DNA from: Antedon mediterranea
Taxonomy: Eukaryota > Animalia > Echinodermata
Assembly (NCBI RefSeq): GCF_964355755.1
Contig: NC_092672.1
Location: 21,961,237-22,025,236, forward strand
DNA length: 64,000 nucleotides
Direction: 5' to 3'
Made by a program: the position numbers and the translations under genes. Every line of letters begins with the position of its first letter. Positions within the stretch are counted from its first letter, which is position 1. Positions 1 to 9,657 of the stretch are shown here, in pieces. The notes beneath the pieces were generated by a model, which was not told the DNA's origin, made no database searches, and saw only the letters and a program-made list of their open reading frames with translations.

Positions 1-878
1 TCAATATTGGCAAATTCTTCTTCTTCTTCTTCTCCGTCTTCGATTCTGAGCCTCTTTCTATTAACGCCCCTTCCGTACTGTATGGGTACAGGCTGAAAAC
101 AAAAAGAGAAAAACGGTAAAGAAAAAAGAAATAAAAGACGTTGTACAACAACAACAACAACAACAACAGTAGTAAAGAAAATAAAACGATAGTTACCTCA
201 ATAATCGAAGACTCCGCTGAATCATTAATCTCGACATTTCCTCTCAAACTCAAACATTTGGTGTGAGCACCAACACCGTACTATACAGAAAAAAAAAAAA
301 AATAAATAGATAAATTAGAAAGGAAAACGCGTATAAACCGTAAACGCAGAAACACTTTGTAAATGCCCCAATTACATAAACTACCACTTTATGAGATATA
401 CACGGTAAAAAAAAAAAATTAAAATTAAAAAAAATAAATAAATAAATTAGAAAGAAACACAAAGAAGCCGTAAAACGCTGTAAACACACGTTCGGTTACA
501 CACAATCTACTTTTTTAGAATTATACACGGTAAAATAAATATTATGTAAAAAAAATAAAATAAACAAACACTTACTTCTACGTCATCAATACGCAAATTA
601 GCCGATAGCTCCTGCACTATCTCAATAGCATTATTACAAATATCCGAAAGTGAGAGGCTATCGGCTTCAGAAACACTCTGGCTAACATCTAAATCAAGAT
701 CCTGGTCATTAAATACGAAATCTTCTAGTAGTCCAATATCGGGGATAACATCGTCGGTATCGATATTTTCGACATTATTTCGCGATAAACTAACGATAGC
801 TTCTACTGCTCTCTGGCATTCGATAAACAAGCTATCGTTAGAATCGGAAGATGATGATGATGATTCGTAATGAGCCAT
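1..878 (-). CDS. Spliced acidic protein, partial: exons 878-576, 280-197 and 92-<1 (MAHYESSSSS...IDDVE / YGVGAHTKCLSLRGNVEINDSAESSIIE / PVPIQYGRGVNRKRLRIEDGEEEEEE...)
   Basis: Three stop-free exons joined by phase-0 GT-AG introns: donors GTAAGT at 575 and GTAACT at 196, acceptors with polypyrimidine tracts at 281 and 93. Confidence 0.65.
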
Positions 879-906
879 AGTAATAAGTCTAGAATAATCA
901 GTAGGC

Positions 907-942
907 GAATGAAAAATTACCCACACTTACGCTGTTTTTATA
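907..942 (-). promoter_or_regulatory. TATA box plus initiator core promoter of the spliced gene
   Basis: Minus-strand TATAAAAA at 942-935 and Inr-like TCATTC at 912-907, about 32 nt apart, upstream of the ATG at 878. Confidence 0.55.
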
Positions 943-981
943 CCATCCCACGACACTAATTAAATTTAATAATTTATGCAA

Positions 982-1375
982 ACAAAGGTACTTAGAACTT
1001 CCTTTAGGAAATGTGTCCACTATTAAGATTGGTCAAACAGCCCTTACATAATTAGGAAGACCCTCCCACAACAGTGACCATTAGATTTAGCCTTCGACCA
1101 AACGGAAAACATGGACACAGGAAACACCTTAATTAAAACAACAAAGGGGAAAAAATTGGAGAGATGTAGTGAAAGGACAAAGGTACTTAGAACTTCCTTT
1201 AGGAAATGTGTCCGCTATTAAGATTGGTCAAACAGCCCTTACATAATTAGGAAGACCCTCCCACAACAGTGACCATTAGATTTAGCCTTCGACCAAATGG
1301 AAAACATGGACCCAGGAAACACCTTAATTAAAACAACAAAAGGAAAACATTGGAGAGATGTAGTGAAAGGACAAA
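982..1375. repeat. Tandem duplication, two copies of about 195 bp
   Basis: ACAAAGGTACTTAGAACTTCC starts at 982 and again at 1177; the copies differ at only a few positions. Confidence 0.95.
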
Positions 1376-1434
1376 TCAAAAATACGCGCCATAAAAATAA
1401 TTTATTAAACCTAAACGGGAAGCACTGCAAACAA

Positions 1435-1680
1435 TTAAAAGGAAACAACTGATTGTTTAATCAAACGCTCCATTTTCAACAAAAATTCTCTCTCCACCTC
1501 GTCTACGTACGTAAATATACAACTTGTAGGCCTATTACTCCTCTCGACTCCTTCATCTATACCCGCGGGGATAACCTCTTCGGCCTCCATGTAACGATCA
1601 TCTATATCACTGCCTGGAACAACAGTCTTCTCATCATCGCTAATTATTATAACAGTATCTGCACAACTCCCTTGCTCCAC
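1435..1680 (-). CDS. Short acidic ORF or exon, unknown function
   Basis: 81-codon open frame with protein-like composition (VIIISDDE motif). No in-frame ATG; TAG at 1686-1684 may be a splice acceptor. Confidence 0.3.
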   Translation of the reverse strand: MEQGSCADTVIIISDDEKTVVPGSDIDDRYMEAEEVIPAGIDEGVERSNRPTSCIFTYVDEVEREFLLKMERLIKQSVVSF

Positions 1681-1930
1681 GTACTAGAACATCGCGTCAA
1701 AAATTAATAATTAAGAGACAAAGAAACACCTGGCGGAAATAATAATTAAAATTGACCATCAAGAATAATAACAAGGTCAGAACGGAAACCCGAAATAATT
1801 AGATTAATTAACCTCCAGCAAGGATGATTTATAATTCATTACATAACACCACCTAAATATAAGTAAATATATTAATAAATAACGCCCCTAAACAAAGAAA
1901 GACCTTCATTAATTAAGAATAATCTAATTA

Positions 1931-2315
1931 TTATGAAACCAGGAAAAGAATGACCTTCATTAGAAACACCTGGCGGAAATTACATAACTAATACAATAAC
2001 AGGAAAAGAACGACCTTCATTAGAAACACCTGGCGGAAATTACATAACTAGTACGAAACCAGGAAAAGAACGAACTTCATTAGAAACACCTGGCGGAAAT
2101 TACATAACTAATACAATAACAGGAAAAGAACGACCTTCATTAGAAACACCTGGCGGAAATTACATAACTAGTACGAAACCAGGAAAAGAACGACCTTCAT
2201 TAGAAACACCTGGCGGATATTACATAACTATTAAAATAACAGGAAAAGAACGACCTTCATTAGAAACACCTGACGGAAACGACCTTCATTAGAAACACCT
2301 GGCGGAAATTACGTA
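1931..2315. repeat. 60-bp tandem array, about 6 units, with an alternating 9-bp variable segment
   Basis: Unit CAGGAAAAGAACGACCTTCATTAGAAACACCTGGCGGAAATTACATAACTA followed by ATACAATAA or GTACGAAAC; unit starts at 1940, 2000, 2060, 2120, 2180, 2240. Confidence 0.97.
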
Positions 2316-3060
2316 ATCAGGAAATACACCAAGGTCGGGTCTGAAGTACCTCTTTTTCTACTCATACATATTCCTGTTTTTTCTTTCAAAAGACTTTTAT
2401 TTGAAACTGACAATAATTACGTAAATAAATTATACACTTTAGGAGCATTTTGTATTTATAAAGTAAAGATATTAAGTTTATTGGAAAAAGAAAAAAAAAT
2501 CAATCTCCTACAAATGTTTAAATCTGAAAAAAAGATAAGAAATATGTAAATCTGCAGGTATACTGTATATGCTCAACCAGATTAAGGAAGAAAATATGTA
2601 AATGAGATACCATGAATGATGAATCTATTATGTTTTTTTTTTTCTTTTTTTTTTTCTTTTTTTTTTCTTGCTACTATATTGTATGTTTTGTAAATATGTA
2701 TACCTTGATGATTTGAAAACAAAAAGACAAAATGTGAAAAGCTTTTTATAGATTGATGATAAAAAAATGATGAAGGATAAGAAGGTTTAGGTTTAAGTGG
2801 TGAAGTGTTTTCATCAAAGCCTTCATATTATAGGTATATATATGTAATTTGCACATTCTCACTGCATGTGGAATTTTGAAATGATAAAATGGTTAAAAGG
2901 AAAAAAAAAATGTCTTATTTTTTTAATGGATCATTAAACATAAATGTTGTTAAATGATAATGTATGTATAAAAAAATAATAGAATAAATAATAAGTTAAA
3001 AAAAAAATTGAATGAACCCACATTAGAAAAAAAAAGTTAAATGAAACTTTGATGGGTTAT

Positions 3061-3602
3061 ACTGTAGATGCAAAAAAGGATAATCTGTTGGAAATAAATT
3101 TTGTAAACATTTAAAGATCAAAAAAATCAATGTTAAAGGATGAGGAAAATATAATGTTAACAGTAAAAAGTTAGTAAGTAACTAGTATAACAGAAAATAT
3201 GCATTGTTTAAATGAAAATATGTTTGCATAGATAAATCCAAAGAAAAATAAAATGGGACAAACCCATGGGATGGATTTATTAAGCATAAACGTATTATAA
3301 TTGTATGAAATAAATATGCATGTAGATGGAAAAAAAAAACAACTATGTAAGAAAAAATAAGCTTTGTTAATGAAAATGTGTTATTGATAATATGTATAAA
3401 AAGAGGAAACTATGTAATCAATGTGGTTAAAATAAAATAAAATTTAAGAAGTTATAGATGCAAAAAAAGGATAATCTGACGGAAATAAAAGTTTTGTAAA
3501 CATTAAAGAACAAAATATTAATATTAATGTTAAAAGATGAGAACAATATTATGTTAACAGTAAACATTTAGTAAGTAATGAGTATAACAGAGAATATGCA
3601 TT
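3061..3602. repeat. Degenerate ~390-bp tandem duplication in A-rich DNA; the second copy resumes at 13173-13300 after two insertions
   Basis: TAGATGCAAAAAAGGATAATCTG at about 3065 and 3455; AACAACTATGTAAG..AAAATAAGCTT at about 3338 and 13206. Confidence 0.75.
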
Positions 3603-4008
3603 TGTAGTGAATATTTATCTTTTAGTTGGTTTCGAGCTTTCTCAGGCGTATATCCACTCGACGTACACTGCTGTCACTGAATGATAACTCATACAAAAAG
3701 TATATTTAACTCAACTAGAACTTTTATTCCTTGTAATTCGATTAATACATCTTTCTACCACTACCAGTCAAGCCTTAATATATTCTTTATCATTTTTCCG
3801 TTTATCTACTCTGATCTTATTCTCTCTTCTCCTCTTAATATCTATTACATTCCACTTTTATACTGGACATGCAAATTTTAGGCTTCAGAGGAGGATAACA
3901 TTTTCTCTCCAAAATTTATACGATTTTGATTGGCTAATAATATAAGACGGACCTGGTCTAAAGCATCCTTCTCTAAACACAGAGAATCACAACATCAATA
4001 ATATGACA
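3603..4008 (-). repeat. 3' LTR of the Gmr1-like element
   Basis: Matches 9242-9647 with 4 substitutions seen by eye; preceded on the minus strand by PPT AAAAAGGGGAA (4019-4009). Confidence 0.97.
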
Positions 4009-4110
4009 TTCCCCTTTTTGGGAAAAAGATTGTGTCAATCTTTCCAAAAATTTAACATTTAAAACCATTTTACTTTAAACTATCTACTAATAACACCTCT
4101 ATAATATTAT

Positions 4111-6100
4111 TTATGCACGGCTTAATACATCTGCATTTCCATTTAATGATCCTTTCTTGTAAATAACTTTAAATTTATATCCTTGTAAAAACAGAGCCCA
4201 TCTCATAAGTCTAACATTGGCACCCTTCATTGAGTCCATCCATCTCAATGTCTGGTGGTCAGTATGAACTTGAAATTCACAACCATACAGATAATACTTA
4301 AGTTTATTGATAGCCAAAACAATAGAGAGGCACTCTTTTTCTGGCACAGAATATCTCTGCTCATGTACAGATAACTTTCTACTTAAGTACACAATGGGAT
4401 AATCATTACCCTCACCATCTATTTGGCTCAGCACTGCACCTATGCCATAATTTGAGGCATCGGTTTGCAATATAAACATCTTATCAAAATTTGGGGCTTT
4501 TAATACATTATCATCAGTAAGTCGTTTCTTTAAAGTTACGAAGGCATTTTCACATTGTTCATTCCACTTAACGGTATTACTTTTACTCTTTAAAGTTAAA
4601 TCAATCAATGGCTTAGCAATATCGGCATAGTTCTGTACAAATTTTCTGTAATAGCCCGTTAATCCGAGAAATGATCGGACTTGTTTCTTAGACAAAGGTC
4701 TGGGAAACTTTTCCACAGCCTCAACCTTATCAATCATGGGTCTAATTTCTCCATTACCAATCTTATGCCCCAGAAATTCTACCTGAGCATAGGCAATTTT
4801 ACATTTCAAAGGCTTTGCTGTCAATCCAGCACTACTTAATCTTTCTAATACATCATTCAAATGAAAAATATGATCTTTCCAAGTTTGACTATAAATACAT
4901 ATGTCATCTATATATGCCTTAGCATATCCCTCAGTACCTTGTAATACCTTATCCATTAATCTTTGGAAAGTACTAGAGCTATTTTGCATACCAAATGGAA
5001 GTACATTGTAATAATACTGTCCAAATTGTGTAATAAATGCTGATTTGTCTTTGGTCTTAGGATCCAGAGGCACCTGGTAAAATCCTTTAGTTAGATCTAA
5101 CGTAGTTATGTATATTGCGGATGATACCTCATCCAACATTTCGTCTATGCGAGGCATAACATAAGGGTCAAATTGTGTAGTCTTATTTAGTGATCTAAAA
5201 TCTGTCTCCATTCTAATTTGATTCTGGCCTTTCTTCAGGGCAATAATAGGTGCAGCATAGGCACTAACTGTAGGTTCTATTATACCCATAGCCAACATAC
5301 TATCTAATTCTTCTTTCAATTTACCCTTTAATGCTTGGGGCGTTCTATATGCCCTATGCCTTATAGGCATTTCACCATTAGTCTTAATTTCATGTGTCAC
5401 TAAGTGAGTTCTACCTGGTACATCCGAGAATACATTCTGTTGGTACTTTAACAATTCTGTTAATTGTTTAGTTTGTGTATCATTTAAATTACTACTAACG
5501 TTAACATCTCTCCATGTTTGTGATTGATGATAAGACAATCCTATGTCTAATTCACTATCTAACTCATTGTCATAGACTGTTTCATTTAAGTCTACTTCTT
5601 CCATCGACTGAACATTTGTTACTACATAATAACCATCTTTACTTATTTCTACTTTATCATACCATCTCTTTAACATATTAACATGTAGAATTTGTTTTTC
5701 TTTTCTTCTACCTCCTATGTATATTTCATAATTTACATCATTGACCTTTTTTGTAACAGTGAAGGGGCCTTGCCATTTACTGTCTAACTTACTATTTCCT
5801 ACTGGAAGGAATATCAACACTTTGTCCCCTTCTACAAATTCTCTATCAATAGCATTCTTGTTATAATTGTGGGACATAATTTCTTGTTGTTCAAGTTTGT
5901 TTACATTAGCATCTTTCATTAATTCCTCCATTTTTTCTCTTATGTCTAACATGTATTTGATAACATCAGTAGATGTTTCTTCATCTTCTACCCAATTACT
6001 TTTGAGTAAACTCAAGGGTCCCCTCACCTCTCTACCATAAAGCAATTTAAAAGGTGAATGGCCCGTCGCTTTACTAGGAACTTCTCTGTATGCAAACAGA
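4111..6100 (-). pseudogene. pol: pol: integrase C-terminus (GPF/Y), reverse transcriptase and RNase H
   Basis: WQGPF, LDLTKGFYQ, LPFGM, YIDD, TDAS, EKECL, TDH and ADVLSR motifs; separated from the integrase core by a frameshift in a C-run near 6103-6107. Confidence 0.95.
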
Positions 6101-7148
6101 AAGGGGGTATGTAGTTATCCCAATTTTTTCTTTGCTTAACTGTAAGTGTCCTTAGCATATTTTTCAATGTACCGTGAAATCTTTCAACAAGCCCATTGCT
6201 TTGGGGGTGGTACACTGTAGTCAATAATTGATTAATCCCCAACATACTACATATAGATTGCATAATTGAAGACATGAAATTAGTTCCTTGATCATGTACA
6301 ATCTCTTCGGGTAATCCTACTCTAGTAAAGACTTCTATTAGAGCCCTGGCTACTGTTTCAGCTCTAACATTGGGTAACGGGATAGCATCCGGATATCTCG
6401 TAGCATAGTCAATTATAGTAAGCATATATTTGTTATTACGGCTTGTTCTAGATAAGGGTCCAACAATATCTATCGCTATACGTTTAAACGGTGTACTTAT
6501 AATCGGTAATGGTATCAAAGTATGTTTCCTTTTACTTTTACCCTTATCTACCTTTTGGCATTGCTTACAGACTTTACAATAGACTACCACATCTTTAAAT
6601 ATACCTGGCCAATAGAATTGGTTCAGGACCCTACTTTTAGTTTTCTCAACACCCATGTGACCTGCAAATGGCACATTATGACCTAAGTGTAATACACCCT
6701 GTCTACACTGAGTGGGTAATACAATCTGTTCCACTTGGTTATTCTTATCTTTAATACTACTCCAATTTCTCATCAATATACCTTGTCTCATAAAGAAACA
6801 TACCCTATGCTGACCTATTTCTTCTATAGGGACTACCCTGTCAAACACTCCTTTGAGTGAGTCATCATTAGTTTGCAATTTGATCAGTTCTTGTTTAGTT
6901 AGGTTCAGCTTGTGCTGTTGTTCATAAGTTTTATGTTTGACTGTTTTATCTTTAGCTTTATCCTCATTTTCGTCAAACAAATTATTCATTTCTGTTCCAT
7001 TCATATCATCTAAACACTTAGTTTTATTTACTTTGTTGTCATTTACTACTGTTTTCAAGAATTGTACATTAGTTTCTTTAGGCGGCTCTTCTATCGGCTT
7101 AAAGTTACTATCTTTCCCTAACAATATCATTTCGTATTCTACCATCAT
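6101..7148 (-). pseudogene. pol: pol: integrase (HHCC zinc finger and DDE core), upstream of RT
   Basis: H..PFAGH...C..CQ, IDIVGPL, DQGTNF and [17 protein letters not shown] motifs. Confidence 0.95.
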
Positions 7149-7509
7149 TTTCTATTCTGGCTTGCTCCCTAGTTAGGACGAACATTTCTTTAGCCATAGT
7201 TTCCCCACAATTCTGGTCCAAATCATGACCCAATAACATGTCCCTCTGTAATCCTTCGATTACGGCTACAATCACTTTTCCTGTCACTATCTTACTTTCT
7301 ATAGCTACCTCAGCTAAGGGGACGGTAATATCGCCTCCTATACCTCTTAACGTAACCCATTTTCCTGGCAAGTAACATTTGTTAGGCACTAGACTTTCCT
7401 TAACAGCTGACTGGGTACATCCCGAGTCTCTAAGCATAGTTATATCCTGTCCTAATTTTCCTGGTATTGTACACTTCTCCATTTTATTTTCTACACTGAT
7501 TTTATTCCT
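7149..7509 (-). pseudogene. Aspartic protease domain
   Basis: LRDSGCTQS catalytic motif, LLGHD, and VLTREQAR linker; out of frame with both neighbours. Confidence 0.88.
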
Positions 7510-8700
7510 TCACATCTTAAGCCATCTTTCACATTCGGGCCCTTCTTAGTGTCACTAGTCTTTCCTTTTGCTACCATCTTAGGACAATCCCCTATTTTAT
7601 GTCCCTTCTCCTTACAATTAAAGCATAGGCCATTAATCCATTCATTTGAAGGTTCTCTCTGTTGGAAATTTCTACCATAGTTATGGAATTTGCCTCCCCT
7701 TCCGCGATACCTATTGTATCCTTGCTGCCTAGCTCCAGGGTTATTCTGAGTCGTACCATTCTTAGGTTTACTATTTTCTTGGCCCTTATAATACGTAGGC
7801 TTTTTTTCAGAATTTACGGCATTCCAATAGCCACGTCCACCTCTATTAGCTATATAATCATCGGCTATCATAGCCATATCATAGCTCTTATTTACTTGTT
7901 TATCTCTAAGATAAAGCCTCAGATCTTCAGGCATTTTATCAAGTGTCTGTTCCATTATAATTATTTCAATAATGCCTGCAGCATCATCTTCTTTTACATT
8001 AGCACATTTCATCCAACATTTTAAATAATGGGAGAGCTCATTCAGCCATTCCCTGATGGACATATCTTTAACTCTCTTTGAATTTCTAAATTTAAATCTG
8101 TAGGTCTCTGCGGACACATCATACTTTTCTAAGATTGCCTTCTTTAAGGTATCATAATCTACACATTCTTTTACGGTTAAGGATGCATATGCTGTCCTAG
8201 CTTTACCAGACAGTTCAGGTGCTAACCTAGCGGACCACGTATTCTTATCCCAACCTGTGGCTTCTGCCAAGTGTTCAAATGTTCTAAAATATATATCAAT
8301 ATCATCTGATTCCTTCAAAGTAGGAACCTTTACCTTCATTTCATCTACTATATTCCTAGCATTACTGTAGCTAGACCTATTTTCTAATTCCATCATTTTC
8401 ACTCTTTCTTGTGATTCAATTTTTCTTTTTTTTTTCTTGTTCTCAATCTGCTTCTAATCTTAATTGGTCTTGTTGTTATTGTAATTCTAACTTTTTGTTT
8501 TCGGCCTCGGCCTCGAACTTCATTCGAAAATATTTGAGCATCATATCTTTAGGCATACCGCCGGGTATTTCAGGCAAATCAATATCCCTAGCCATGTTAT
8601 CATACATTTCATTGACTTGGTCAACCATATCTTCCCTAGGCCTAGTATCTTTGTCTGACATAGTCTTATCTATATTTTTACCCGATCTTAAAGTTGTCAT
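7491..8700 (-). pseudogene. gag: Gag with SCAN-like capsid C-terminal domain and CCHC knuckle; N-terminal part has two stops and a frameshift
   Basis: YFRTFEHLA, ETYRFKFR, IIMEQTLDKMPEDLRLYL and CFNCKEKGHKIGDC; lesions at 8410-8480. Confidence 0.9.
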
Positions 8701-9227
8701 GCTAATAACAATTTTACTAATGAAATATGTAAACTTATGTATACAAAATATGTTATAAAAGTATTTGTATTACCTTGATTCCATTCAGATATGTAAAAAT
8801 ATGAAATCCACATAAATTTTTAAATGCAATACAATCTAAGACATTAATTTACTTCAAAGTCACAAACAACGTTCCAAGTTCGCTCCGTACAAAAATTTAC
8901 TTTCGAAATAAAAATTAGTTTACAAAGTCAGCTTTGCAAATCTTCTCCAAATTTACTGGGCTTCCTTCTGTTACTTCAGTCTTCTTCTTTCAGACCTCGG
9001 TGAATATATACAGTATCTCCGATGAATATCCAGCAGTCTTGAGCTCAACAGTACTTCTTCTTCGTTGTAATATCCAAACAACGCACGGTATAAAAACTGT
9101 CAGGAATCCAGATCTTCGTAACCATTTAACTTTTTGGTTACTGATTTAACAGGCCCGTAGAGTAGGCACTGTCACTTCTTCTTCTTCTTCTTCTTCTTGA
9201 TACTTAAATCATGTAAACACAAATTTT

Positions 9228-9241
9228 CACCGCTGCCACCA
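9228..9241 (-). promoter_or_regulatory. Primer binding site complementary to the tRNA-Leu 3' end
   Basis: TGGTGGCAGCGGTG immediately follows the 5' LTR on the minus strand. Confidence 0.85.
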
Positions 9242-9647
9242 TGTAGTGAATATTTATCTTTTAGTTGGTTCCGAGCTTTCTCAGGCGTATATCCACTCGA
9301 CGTACACTGCTGTCACTGAATGATAACTCATACAAAAAGTATATTTAACTCAACTAGAACTTTTATTCCTTGTAATTCGATTAATACATCTTTCTACCAC
9401 TACCAGTCAAGCCTTAATATATTCTTTATCATCTTTCCGTTTATCTACTCTGATCTTATTCTCTCTTCTCCTCTTAATATCTATTACATTCCACTTTTAT
9501 ACTGGACATGCAAATTTTAGGCTTCAGAGGAGGATAATATTTTCTCTCCAAAATTTATACGATTTTGATTGGCTAATAATATAAGGCGGACCTGGTCTAA
9601 AGCATCCTTCTCTAAACACAGAGAATCACAACATCAATAATATGACA
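9242..9647 (-). repeat. 5' LTR of the Gmr1-like element
   Basis: 406 bp, TG...CA, about 99% identical to 3603-4008. Confidence 0.97.
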
Positions 9648-9657
9648 GCATTGTTAA

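Larger units (their letters stand above)
1..2362. mobile_element. Probable terminal region of a Polinton/Maverick-like element, continuing beyond the left edge
   Basis: Composition changes abruptly after ...TTTTTCTACT (2362), which reads 5'-AGTAG on the minus strand, matching the AG-type Polinton terminus. Subterminal tandem arrays and a compact spliced gene lie inside. The other end and the hallmark genes are not in the window. Confidence 0.4.
3603..9647 (-). mobile_element. Full-length Gmr1-like Ty3/Gypsy LTR retrotransposon with disrupted coding region
   Basis: 406-bp TG...CA LTRs, 5-bp TSD GCATT (3598-3602, 9648-9652), PBS, PPT, and domain order Gag-PR-IN-RT-RH. Confidence 0.96.

Noticed and set aside
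1931-2315. CRISPR-like repeat/spacer appearance of the 60-bp array
   Set aside because: Variable parts are only 9 bp and recur alternately; no cas genes; eukaryotic context.
3681-3881. Identical 66-aa ORFs at 3681 and 9320
   Set aside because: They lie inside the two LTRs; the identity reflects LTR duplication, not coding constraint.
7491-7509. Programmed -1 frameshift between Gmr1 gag and protease
   Set aside because: The overlap is only about 19 nt with no canonical slippery heptamer; more likely an indel.
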